From positions 11,222,001-11,286,000 of the forward strand of contig OX597815.1 of assembly GCA_951406725.2 (NCBI GenBank): a DNA stretch of 64,000 bases, written 5' to 3'. Below, in pieces: positions 1 through 11,179 of the stretch. The position numbers and the translations under genes are program-made. The notes beneath the pieces were generated by a model. It saw nothing but the letters and a program-made list of their open reading frames with translations, had not been told where the DNA came from and made no database searches. Source of the DNA: Octopus vulgaris (lineage: Eukaryota). Within the stretch, counting starts at the first letter, position 1. Each line of letters begins with the position of its first letter.

Positions 1-102
1 GCAGATGGACAAACAGACGAGATTTATAAAATAGTGTTGCGTCTCTCATATGTTGTGGACAGTCGCGTTGCTACAGATTACCAGTTTCCAGAGATCAGTT
101 TA

Positions 103-308
103 CTCTTTTACTTGTTTCAGTCATTTGACTGCGGCCATGTTGGAGCACCGCCTTTAGTCGAGCAAATCGTCCTAAGTGCTTATTCTATCGGTCTCTTTTT
201 GCCGAACCGCTAAGTTACGGGGACGTAAACACACTAACATCAGTTGTCAAGCGATGTTGGGGGGGGGGGTCAAAAACAGACACATCAACATATACACACA
301 GATACATA

Positions 309-349
<41 letters not shown>

Positions 350-514
350 CACACATACATACGACGGGCTTCTTTCAGTTTCTGTCCACCAAATCCACTC
401 ACAAGGCTTTGGTCAGCCCGAGGCTATAGTAGAAGACACTTGCCCAAGGTGCCACGCAGTGGGACTGAACCTGGAACCTTGTGGCTGGTTGGCAAGCTAC
501 TTACCACAGAGCCA
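103..514 (-). mobile_element. tRNA-derived SINE, family A (octopus OK-like), with internal (CA/TA)n tract
   Basis: Minus strand starts with a tRNA-like head (TGGCTCTGTGGTAAGTAGCTTG...GGTTCCAGGTTCAGTCCCACTG), followed by GGCACCTTGGGCAAGTGTCTT. Homologous copies lie at 12694-12850, 18776-19066, 44357-44570 and 63485-63600. Confidence 0.8.
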
Positions 515-932
515 GGGAATTCAAGAGAATTTCTGTAATTCTTTTACGTAGTCCCAAATGTGAGTGCAGTACATTTAAATAAGGGACTTAGGGGGTCGAA
601 ATCAAGGAAATTTTATAAGATGTTAAATTTGAAAAAGAGAAAAAAATAAAAACCTCAACATACTAGAATTATATAAACTGTGAAATGCTGTAAATAATTA
701 CACGCAAACCTTCTGGAGTCGCTGTTGCGAAGATTCTTGAGGCCATTATGAAAAATAGGTTGTCGTTGAATGTTAAAACATACTCTTCTTATTAAAGAGA
801 TGTACTTGCATAGCAAGTGACCTGATCTGAGATTGTGTGCTGGAACGAAAACAATTGCAGCGTGGAAGGTGTTTATAAGCCATTTAAGAAACACACAAAA
901 ACCGTTAGATTCACTTCAACATTTAAATTTAA

Positions 933-983
933 TTTGTCAAAATATTTTCGTCGCTTTGAAACCTCGACCTGTTCACTGACAAA
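933..983 (-). ncRNA. Minimal type I hammerhead-like motif with G3-C8 swapped core (GUGAACA)
   Basis: Minus strand reads UUUGUCA-GUGAACA-G-GUCG(11 nt)CGAC-GAAA-AUAUUU-UGACAAA. This gives a 7-bp stem I, a 4-bp stem II and a palindromic stem III (AAUAUU). Confidence 0.6.
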
Positions 984-1734
984 ACATTGTGCTTCTTATA
1001 TTCTCATTTAAATTTCTTTCTAGAAAACGTTGGGGTTGATAAATGACGAGCAAGAAGTGTCTCCATCAACATATTCATGCAAAAAAAAAGAAAACGTAAG
1101 TTCGAATGAAGGCATGATGACTAAATATTGTTAGATGTGTACATATTCATAACATATGCAAAAAAAAAAAGAACCCCCCAAAAAACAAACGAACCAAAAG
1201 TAAAATAAAACAAAAACAAACTGCTTTATATTCAGTCCTTTAACTGAATCTGTGATATAAAAATAAGAACAAAGATAATTATGTATGAAATAATCAAAAT
1301 TATGTCGTGTTTCGGTTCAAGAAATAAAAACAAATTTCTGTATAAAACGTTTCTTTAACGCAGTGTTTAACGTATTCTTTCTTTAATCATTGAAGAAAAA
1401 TCGAAACTTATGAAATATTGAAATATGGAAATAAACTTAAAAAAGAGCAAAAGAGGAAAAAAAATAGTGAAATAGATACGGAAATTTTGTAACAAAGATC
1501 GACATAAATACATAAATAAATGAATAAATAAATAGTCAAATATCATTTTTATAAGAAAAATCGAAAGTTATAAACTAGTAAATTGTGAAAGTCCTTTTGT
1601 TTTGCTGTTGTCACTTTGCATCAGCACAAACAAATTGTTGCGTTTCTTGAAAATTAAACTTGCTTGTAGTAAAATTGTCATGACAACGAAAGTCAATGGA
1701 AGCTAGTGTGATGGTGCAGAAAAATACAGGAAAA

Positions 1735-1879
1735 AAGAAAAAAGGGAGGAGTGATCGCTGAGGATGAAAGAACTGAGGAGAGAGATGGAGAGAAAGGAAG
1801 AGAGAGAGAGAAAGGAAGGGAGAGAGAGAAAGGAAGGGAGAGAGAGATGGAGAGAGAGAGAGAGAGAGAAAGAAAGGGG

Positions 1880-1910
<31 letters not shown>

Positions 1911-2531
1911 GAGAAAGGAAGACAGATAGATGAATGTGAAATATGTATAGGGAGATATTCTTTTGATCCTTACGGGATAGAGAGAGAGAGAGGGGGGGAC
2001 GAGAAAGAGAAGAAAAGAGAGGGAGGAGGAAGAGAAAGAGAGGAGAGTAAAGGAAGGAAGATTAGCAGAGAGAGAGGGGGAAGAGAGAGAAAGAGAGAAA
2101 GAATGAAAGGGAGAGAGAGAGAAAGAAAGAAAGGGAGAGAGAGAGAGAGAGAGAGAGCTGAATATGAAATATGTATAGGAAGATATTCTTTTGATCCTTG
2201 TTGTATTTGGAAGGAGAGAGACCGAATAGAGAGAGAAAAGGGATAGAGAGAGAGAGAGAGGGGACGAGAAAGAGAAGAAAAGAGAGGGAGGAGAAAGAGA
2301 AGATAGGGCAGAGACAGAAAAAGAGGAAGAGAAAGAGAAGAGAGTAAAGGAAGGAAGGTGGGCAGAGAGAGAAAGAGGGAGAGGGAGTGATCGCCGAGGA
2401 TGAAAGCTGGAGAGAGAGAGAGAAAGGGAGAGAGGAAGGGAAAGAGAGGAAGGGAGAGAGAGAGAGAAAGAGAGAGAGGAGGGAGAGAGAGAGAGGAAGG
2501 GAGAGAGAGGAAGGGAGAGAGAGAGAGAGGA

Positions 2532-2575
<44 letters not shown>

Positions 2576-2810
2576 AGAGAGCTGAATATGAAATATGTAT
2601 AGGGAGATATTCTTTTGATCCTTGTTGTATTTGGAAGAAGAGAGACCGAATAGAGAGAAAAGGGATAGAGAGAGAGAGAGAGAGAGAGAGAGGACGAGAG
2701 AGAGAAGAAAAGAGAGGGAGGAGAAAGAGGAGAGTAAAAGAAGGAACGTGGGCAGAGAGAGAAAGGGGGGCGGGAGAAGGGGAGCGAGGGAGAGAGGGAG
2801 AGATGGAGAG
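1735..2810. repeat. Polypurine (GA)n-rich tract with internal segmental duplications
   Basis: Almost pure A/G on the plus strand. A ~40-bp block TGAATATGAAATATGTATAGGGAGATATTCTTTTGATCCT recurs at ~1931, ~2159 and ~2583, and GAGTGATCGCYGAGGATGAAAG at ~1749 and ~2385. Confidence 0.9.
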
Positions 2811-3260
2811 CGCGCTAAAATGAATTTCAAAAGCATTATTTAAAATTTATATACATAGTAATTGAAATCATAGATTGAATTATCCTTTTTTCGCTGGATA
2901 CAAAGGGTTGTTTAGATGTTTGTATTGTTACGCATCTAAATATGCGTGTATTACGATCACCATAAAATTGAAAAAAAAGATAAATAAAATTAGATTTAAA
3001 AAAAAAAGAAAACGCTATCATATTTCAAAGAACTAAATGTTAGGGAGAAAAACGAAAGGAAATTTGAAACCAGAGCCGTAAACAAACTCAGAAGAAAATG
3101 CAGATTTGATCTCCAATAATTAAAAAAAAAATGTTTATTTTATTGCATTACACGAATCCTATAATGTTGGTGTGAGTGCGATGCGATATTCGATTCCGCA
3201 TAGAATCGTCATGTCCAGGAAGTTGAACAGAAAGCAGTTTGTTGTTTTCTTAGGCTACGA

Positions 3261-3648
3261 TGGAGGCGCAATGGCCCAGTGGTTAGGGCAGCGGACTCGC
3301 GGTCGTAGGATCGTGGTTTCGATTCCAAGACCGGGCGTTGTGAGTGTTTATTGAGCGAAAACAACTAAAGCTCCACGAGGCTCCGGCAGGGGATGGTGGT
3401 GATCCCTGCTGTACTCTTTCACCACAGCTTTCTCTCACTCTTACTTCCTGTTTCTGTTGTACCTGTATTTCAAAGGGCCGGCCTTGTCACTCTCTGTGTC
3501 ACGCTGAATATCCCCGAGAACTACGTTAAGGGTACACGTGTCTGTGGAGTGCTCAGCCACTCACACGTTAATTTCACGAGCAGGCTGTTCCGTTGATTCG
3601 GATCAACCGGAACCCTCGTCGTCGTAACCGACGGCGTGCTTCCATTCC
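3261..3648 (+). mobile_element. tRNA(Arg)-derived SINE, family C (OR-like), full length, tail type 1
   Basis: A box TGGCCCAGTGG, anticodon-like CTCGCG and B-box-like GTTTCGATTCC. TSD AGGCTACGAT at 3252 and 3649. Confidence 0.85.
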
Positions 3649-4062
3649 AGGCTACGATGTGTATTCCATCGCATGTACATAAATAGGGGCTGTATCCTCC
3701 TCCACCCTCAGCAGCGCCGCTGGTCAACTTTGACCGCGAGGACAGAAATATCTGTTCAAAATGAAACAGAGTAATATGAACGAAGAGATTTTCGTTGCCA
3801 TTTAATTTTATAGTAGTTGGAGCAATCGTATAAATGTGTTACAAAATAGCGAATTGTGGAAAGTCCTTTGTATTGTAGACGAAATATTGCACTCATGTCC
3901 TTGGTTTTGTAAAATTAATCCCATCCCACAAGGGAAAATTGAAAAAAAGGGGAAAACTCAAAAAAAAAAAGACGACGAAAACAAAAAAAAAATAAATAAA
4001 ATAAATAAATAAATAATCTCTTTGTCCTCCGAATAGCTAAATCATATTAAGAACATCTTTAA

Positions 4063-4291
4063 GGCGGCGAGCTGGCAGAAACGTTAGCACGCCGGGCGAA
4101 ATGCGTAGCCGTATTTCGTCTGCCGTTACGTTCTGAGTTCAAATTCCGCTGAGGTCGACTTTGCCTTTCATCCTTTCGGGGTCGATAAATTAAGTACTAG
4201 TTACGCACTGAGGTGGATGTAATCGACTTAATCCGTTTGTCTGTCCTTCTTTGTCCCTTCTATGTTTCGCCCCTTGTGGGCAATAAAGAAG
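4063..4291 (+). mobile_element. tRNA-derived SINE, family B (central GCCTTTCATCCTTTCGGGGTCGATAAA domain, MetaSINE-like)
   Basis: GGCGGCGAGCTGGCAGAA head and GAGTTCAAATTCC B box. 16-bp TSD CATATTAAGAACATCT at 4043 and 4294. Confidence 0.85.
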
Positions 4292-4365
4292 CACATATTA
4301 AGAACATCTAAACTATTGTAATTATAAATCAGCGCATTGAAAGCCTGCCAAATATATAAATATAT

Positions 4366-4779
4366 ATTTCTTTATTGCCCACAAGGGGCTAAACATAGAG
4401 GGGACAAACAAGGACAGACAAAGGGATTAAGTCGTTTTCATCGACCCCAGTGCGTAACTGGTACTTTATTTATCGATCCCGAAAATATGAAAGCAAAGTC
4501 GACCTAGGCGAAATTTGAACTCAGAACTTAACGACAGACGAAATACCTATTTCTTTATTACCCACAAGGGGCTAAACACAGCGAGGACAAACAAGGACAG
4601 ACAAACGGATTAAGTCGATTACATCGACCCCAGTGCGAAACTGGTACTTTATTTATCGATCCCGAAAGGATGAAAGGCAAAGTCGACCTCGGCGGAATTT
4701 GAACTCAGAACGTAACGACAGACGAAATACCGCTAAGCATTTCGCCCGGTGCGCTAACGTTTCTGCACGCTCGCCGCCT
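4366..4779 (-). mobile_element. Family B SINE, tandem (head + 2 bodies) form
   Basis: Two body/tail units joined at GACGAAATACC|TATTTCTTTATT (~4547). TSD CCAAATATATAAATA at 4348 and 4780. Confidence 0.85.
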
Positions 4780-4824
4780 CCAAATATATAAATAATAATC
4801 TTCTATTACGGCATAATTGTATAA

Positions 4825-6606
4825 CACTAGGCAACAAAGATTTCGTTACAGAAGACGAAATAGGTGTTCCCAGCTAATTTCGGTATGCTAATTTCAAATC
4901 TATAATTAGATTTTTCTATCACGTCTAGAATTTTGTGTAAAATGCAAATCACTTTTTAAAATTTCCTACCACGTCTAGATTTTGGTTTTAAGTGTCTTCT
5001 TAATGCCAGTAATATGAAACTTGCTTTTCAAGGTTAAAGCAATATTTCTTTGCCAACTATATACAAACTCTAACAATTTTGATCAATAAAATTTATACCG
5101 ACTTGGGAACACTGAGTCAAAAGTATTGTAACAGCCCAACGGTCAGTCACTACGTGACAGTCAAGTTGAGCGGTTGTTGAAGACAGCAGTTCATTTGATA
5201 TAGAAATAAGGAAAGATGACGGATATGTTCCAGATGCCACTAATTCCCCACATTTTAAAAGTCAACTGGATGTTAAATGCGATTTGGCATTAGCAAAGAA
5301 AAACTAGAGTTGCTCGGTTCCAGACTTTTCTCGTTTCCGTCATTGGCATCTCTAGTTTTCATCCTTTTACTTAGCGGAGTAAAACGTTTGTTCCTGCCAC
5401 GATACCAATGACCTGAAGGAAAGGATTGGCTTTCGATACGATCTAAAAGAATGGAGACTGTTCATGGACTCCAGTAAAGCTGGCCTTAAAGCTGTATCAC
5501 AGCACAACAGCAATGAAAAACCTTCAATACCTGCAGCACATGTCACATTTAGCACATTTAATGAGACTTATGAATCGATGGAGCTGCTGCTAAGACTCAT
5601 CAAATATAAGGACCACATATGCAATATTTGTGGTGACCTTAAAGTTGTATCATTACTTTTTGGGTTACAGTTGATCTACACAGAGTAAATGTGCTTTTTG
5701 TGTCTGTGGAACAGCAGATATGACAAGAATCACTACAAAAAACATGATTGGCCATCTAGAACTGAATGTTGTTGACAAACAAGAATGTGTAACACCCAGC
5801 ACTTATTGACCCTCAGAAAGTACATCTTCCACCACTTCACATTAAACGTGGCCTTATGAAAAATTTCGTGAAGGGTATGGATCATCAAGGTAGTGATTTC
5901 CAACATTTAAAGGGTAAATTCAAATGGATATTGACAGATGCTAAGCTAGAAGCTGGAGCTTTCACTGGACCACAGTTCCGCTGTGTCACCCACGACTTAT
6001 TGTTTCCATGAATTCTAAAGGAGAACGAACTAGGGACATCTTCTGTTGAAGTTGTCAAAGATTTTCTAGGAAACCACAAAGCTGAAAACCACTGTGAACT
6101 CAGAAAATATGCTTAAATCTTATGAAAAAATGGGATGAAGAATATCTTTGAAAATGTATTTTTAAAATCTCATCTCATGTGAGATTACTGTTGTATTGTT
6201 GGCTCCTGCAGAAGGATAACTCGTCATTCTACAAGCGACAAAGGAAGAGGAAACACCAAAATTTCATTTAAGAACAATAAGTTGTCTATCGGTAGTAACA
6301 GCAAAATACTAACATGTTTAGGATGGATGGATGGTTGGGTGCAAGAGTGGTGACTCCGCCAGCAGAATTCAGCTGTCTGAACTAAACCAGAGAAAGGAAT
6401 TAAGATATCTCTGTTCTCTAATTATTGGAGTATGCTTAACATGAAAGTGGTACGGAAAAGTAGAAGCGGGTGAGAAAAGAAGGCAAATAGAAGTTTTCGG
6501 TTACTCAACATCTGGACGTGATAGAGAAATTAGTATCAGAATTTTAATAGGAACCATTAGTTTCTGTGACTGTACCAAAATAAAAAGAAAAAAATTAATT
6601 CATGTG
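4825..6606 (+). mobile_element. Decayed Chapaev3-like DNA transposon with transposase remnants
   Basis: CACTAGGCAACAAA terminus. Frameshifted motifs ICGDLKVVSLLFGLQ, CFLCLWNSR, PPLHIKxGLMKNFVK and FLGNHKAEN. Subterminal TTTCTATCACGTC / GACGTGATAGAGAAA inverted motif. The family assignment comes from recalled motifs. Confidence 0.65.
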
Positions 6607-7107
6607 ATTTGAAAGAATATTGATTTGTGAACAGGTGTGTTCGGAGAATAAACGGTTCAAGGTCAATAAGCAATTAGATAAATTATGAGTTATCTCCCTT
6701 GCAATTCTATTTACAGCTTTCGTGACAAGATACCTGTTTACGTTGTATCAAACAAGGAAAAGTAACGATTGTTTAACGATGCATTGTCAGCGCGCGCACA
6801 CATACACACACGCTAGAGTTGCTTTTCTTCGTTGGCTTTCGTTTATTGTTATAGAAATTACTATCGCCACACCCCCTCTAAAATCTGATTAGCGATGTCC
6901 ACTATGTCCAAAATATGTCCGTTGTTACTGTCACCTCTATAAAAATCTAACTTTCAATAAATTTTATGAAAGATGGATTAAGGGTAACTTTAAAGGCAAA
7001 ACTTTGTGAGTTCGGTGCTTACAAAACTTTGTGAGTTCGGTGCTTACAAAACTTTGCGATTCCAGAGCAAGTCTGATATATCGTCGGTATGATTCATCGT
7101 GGATTGA

Positions 7108-7338
7108 AGGCGGCGAGCTGGCAGAAACGTTAGCACGCCGGGCGAAATGCGTAGCTGTACTTCGTCTGCAGTTATGTTCTGAGTTCAAATTCCGCTGAAG
7201 TCGACTTTGCTTTTCATCCTTTCGGGGTCGATTAAATAAGTACCAGTTACGCACTGGAGTCGATGTAATCGACTTAATCAGTTTGCCTGTCCTTGTTTGT
7301 CCTCTCTTTGTTTAGCCCTTCTGGGTAGTAAAGAAATA
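7108..7338 (+). mobile_element. Family B SINE, full length
   Basis: Same consensus as 4063. 18-bp TSD GGTATGATTCATCGTGGA at 7086 and 7339. Confidence 0.85.
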
Positions 7339-7621
7339 GGTATGATTCATCGTGGAACGGGTTGGTTCTATATCTGATCTTCGCAAGACCTTAGTAAACA
7401 CGGTTGAAATCAAAGCAGGGTCGTGTTGGCACAGACGGATGACCATACGGTTATCGTGTGGGATGCGAAAGAAACTGAAATGCTTGGAGCAACACTTAAG
7501 AAATCAGACCTTATAAAAATTACGCATAGTAACCAGGACAAATCAGTAGACCTGGAACAAGGCATATATATATTTATATATGCCATCTTTATATATTGAG
7601 GCACGTATATATATATAGTAT

Positions 7622-7888
7622 GTATTGTTACGGCCCAACAGTCAGTCACTACGTGACAGTCAAGTTGAGCGGTTGTTGAAGACAGCAGTTCATTTGATAT
7701 AGAAATAGGGAAAGATGACGGATGTGTTCCAGATGCCACTAATTCCCCACATTTTGTAAGTCAACCGGATGTTAAATGCAATTTGGCATTACCAAAGAAA
7801 AACTAGAGTTGCTCGGTTCCAGACTTCAAGAAGGAATTCTTCTCCTGCCAAACACTAAAGTTTCTCCTTTCCGTCATTGGCATCTCCA
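7622..7888 (+). mobile_element. Chapaev3-like transposase fragment, near-duplicate of 5123-5350
   Basis: High identity to 5123-5350. Encodes the LELLGSRLQE motif. Confidence 0.65.
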
Positions 7889-8336
7889 ATTATCTGATAG
7901 AAGGTAATATACGTGCCTCAAGATAACAATGAATTACACTCGGGGACATGCTTTTGTTGTCTCGTGTTGGAAACATGTTTTCTAGAAACTACGGGGTGCT
8001 AATTTCAAAAATGAAATCCATTTTTCTCTATAACGTCAAAATTCTTTGCAAACTCAAATGTTCTTTTTCAACATTTCCGGTATTTGCAACACTTTAAAGG
8101 ATAGACTCGGCTTCATCAAATGCAGACCTACGTATGGAGCTTGACATAACTTTGAAAACATAATTTTCTATATCACTTAGATTAAATGCGACTACAAAAC
8201 TGAAAATAAAACCTTTATTTAACTACCTTCAGTAAATAAGAAGCATTAAACTTGAGCAACTTTCACTATTTTCAGTTTAACCAGTTTGAAATGTCATGAT
8301 GCTGAGAGAAATGTCATTTATAAAATTAGAGCATCC

Positions 8337-8519
8337 GGTTCTATTTTTAAGAGATGAGGAATTAAGAACGTTATTTACATTTGACGGATATTTGTCCTCA
8401 TCTTGTTTGTTGTTAACACAACGTTTCGGCTGATATACTCTTGGGGAAATTTCGAACCTGGGCTCTCATTCCTAAGGTATTTTTCTATGTTTTTGTTGTT
8501 GTTGCTGTTGTTGTTGTTG

Positions 8520-8569
<50 letters not shown>

Positions 8570-8750
8570 GTGCCCTGAATAACAACAACAACAACAACAA
8601 CGAAAAATACCTTAAGAATTAGAACCCAGGTTCAAAATTTCCCCAAGACACCTGATGAAGGCTGGAGAATATATCAGCCGAAACGTTGTGTGAACAACAA
8701 ACAAGATGAGGACAAATATCCGTCAAATGTAAATAATGTAAATAATGTAT
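8337..8750. mobile_element. Penelope-like inverted-repeat element (arms ~8371-8485 and ~8602-8736) around (TTG)n(TTA)n
   Basis: The arms are reverse complements. The right arm carries an intact HHR, and the left arm has an ~18-bp deletion that removes CTGATGA. Confidence 0.75.
8648..8691 (+). ncRNA. Minimal type I hammerhead ribozyme
   Basis: ACAC-CUGAUGA-A-GGCUG(10 nt)CAGCC-GAAA-CGUU-GUGU. Palindromic stem III AACGUU, with predicted cleavage after 8687. Confidence 0.8.
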
Positions 8751-9795
8751 AAAATTAGATGTTAATAAACAGCACATTTCTGTGGTACTCAACATCATAC
8801 ATGACTCATATTTGTGAAATTGTTCTGCAGATATGCCCACGCATATGTTTTGTCTCACTTAACTGTTATTTATGAAAATTGGTATTTTGAATGCACCCTT
8901 AATATTTTAGTTGTAAGGTCACGGGTGTCAAGGCCACTTTTATTAAGCATGGTCAATGAACTGTAGTAAGAACGTCATGGATGCTATTTATGGAACTTGG
9001 TCATCACAAATCTGCATTTGATTACTTTTTTAACTGTCGACGATTCTAAAAATACTTTTCCCAGGTGACAACTGGCCTCGATATTTGTTTTGTATTCCAG
9101 AATAATGACCAGTTGTGAGAGATGAAAAGGCAATATCTTCTGCTATATTTGTGGATATTACGTTTTACCTAAGCAGTGAAACATAATCACAGATTTTGTG
9201 AAGAAAGCTTACCTTACTTTGGCAAGAAACTGGGTGACCATGACAAAGCTTATGTAACCATACACTGTGTAAAGAGCATATGTTGAAACACTAAGAAAGC
9301 TTCCAGCTTTGTCTTGCGAGAAAATTAAGGTTGGTGTGCTTGACGGGCCACAGATTAGGTGACTGTTGCATGACGAACAGTTTTGAAGAACATGTCTGGC
9401 TTTAAGAAAGATGCATGGAATTCTTTTGCTGCATTTGTGTTTGATTTCATGCGAAACAGGAAGTCATCAAATTATGAAGTACTTGTGCAGACCCTGTTAA
9501 CCAGTTTTCGAGTAATGTACTGTAATTGAGTGTAATGGTACATGTCCTTCACAGTCCTACGGACTACTTATCTGAAAATCGCTGGGCAATAAGTAGTGAG
9601 CAAGGAGAAAAATTCCATTAAGTTATTGAGACCATAGAGGTAGTGTATCAAGGCAGGTGGAACACAAATATGATGGCTGACTACTGCTGGTCTCTGCAAA
9701 GAGATTGTTGTGATGCAAGTTAGTCACACAAAACAGCAAAGAATAAGTTCACCTCCTGAACCCTAGTTTAACAGAAATATTTATTCTAAGATATG

Positions 9796-9985
9796 CAATT
9801 CAATTCAATTCAATTCAATTTTTATTGGCTCAAAAAGCAAAAGCAAGGCCATGTAAGGGGACAGGGAGTTATGTACAGGGAGGGTGGTCATACAAAGAGT
9901 TCAGGCCATTTCTGGTCAAGAGAGACTTTGAACCGAGCGGTCGTCGGCATCTTCACTATCTCGTCCGGCAGCTTATTCCACGGAC
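9796..9985 (-). mobile_element. CR1-clade LINE 3' end with (TTGAA)n tail
   Basis: Minus strand encodes PWNKLPDEIVKMPTTARFKVSLDQKW, a typical CR1 ORF2 C-terminus. A longer homolog lies at 56148-56520. Confidence 0.75.
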
Positions 9986-10689
9986 CTGCAATTAAACAGT
10001 TTCTGTAATATATTTGATAAACAATAAAAAGTACTTTTTGGTTTCTGTCAGTTTCTTATTTCAGTATTGCAGTTAATGTCAAAATTGACATGTTTTGATA
10101 AAAGATGAATCCCTATTTAACAAAATACTTGACACGATAGAAAATTTCTCAGGGCATTTCTGATCCAGCAGAATCAAATTAGGAAGAAGTAATAGTAATT
10201 GATAAGAAAACTAAACCCTTCTCGAAAATGTTTCTCAGTGCTATCAATAAAATAATAAAAGCACTCGACCGGACCAATTACCTACAAACAATTGTACTTA
10301 TTTAGAAATCCACGCGAAGAAAACCGAATAAAATATCAAAAATTACTAGTTAATCTTTTCAAGGGAGGCTACTCTTGAACAACTTACTGAACTAGACAGT
10401 TGCACAAATTTTTCCTGTCCAAAATCCAATAATATTTTCCTGTCATACAGCGAAATACATATCTCACCTTCCAATAATTTAGGCACTATACACGCAGACA
10501 GACAGGCAGGCACGCTCGCACGCACGCACACATACACGCGCGCATACACGCGCGCATACACGGGCGCATGGACGCAACAACGCACGCATGCACACGAATG
10601 CATGCACTAATTCAGAGATTAGATAGAGTTATGTCCCCTGTTGAGAAGCAGTTATTATTTTCCGAATCTAATATAAGGTCTTCTATATT

Positions 10690-11044
10690 CTTTTATACTC
10701 TAGGCACAAGGCCCGAAATTTGGTGGGAGGAACCAATACACAACCGAAAGGATGAAAGGCAAAGTCGACCTCGGCGGAATTAGAACTCAGAACGTAGCGG
10801 CAGACGAAATACCTATTTCTTTACTACCCACAAGGGGCTAAACACAGAGGAGACAAACAAGGACAGACAAACGGGTTAAGTCGATTATACCGACCCCAGT
10901 GCATAACTGGTACTTATTTAATCGACCCCGAAAGGATGAAAGGCAAAGTCGACCTCGGCGGAATTTGAACTCAGAACACAGCGGCAGATGAAATACCGCT
11001 AAGCATTTCGCCCGGTGTGCTAACGTTACTGCCAGTTTGCCGCC
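10690..11044 (-). mobile_element. Family B SINE, tandem form with alternative distal tail
   Basis: Same internal junction GACGAAATACC|TATTTCTTTACT at ~10813. Confidence 0.8.
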
Positions 11045-11179
11045 TATGTGTAGGGATTTCTATATTGACCGACTCAGTAAATTCATGATCATGATTAATG
11101 AAATGGCTGTCATAATGTATATTCCTTAGAATTAAAGATATCCCTAAATCTGACTACTCAAGTTTTATCTTTTATCTTT

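Larger units (their letters stand above)
7937..10240 (+). mobile_element. Second decayed Chapaev3-like transposon carrying nested insertions
   Basis: CACT...CAGTG ends. Remnant motifs FCYICG, ITDFVKKAY, KLGDHDK, VGVLDGPQIR, SSEQGEKFH and YQGRWNTNMMADYCWSLQRD. Confidence 0.7.

Noticed and set aside
1751-2843. Arg/Glu-rich and Leu/Ser-rich ORFs up to 288 aa
   Set aside because: They arise from the (GA)n tract.
3261-3335. tRNA gene calls for SINE heads
   Set aside because: The acceptor stems are incomplete and each head continues into a repeated SINE body. They are tRNA-derived, not functional tRNAs.
6998-7056. Short direct repeats (also 63921-63997, 57840-58490) as a CRISPR-like array
   Set aside because: They are simple local tandem duplications without unique spacers, in a eukaryotic context with no cas genes.
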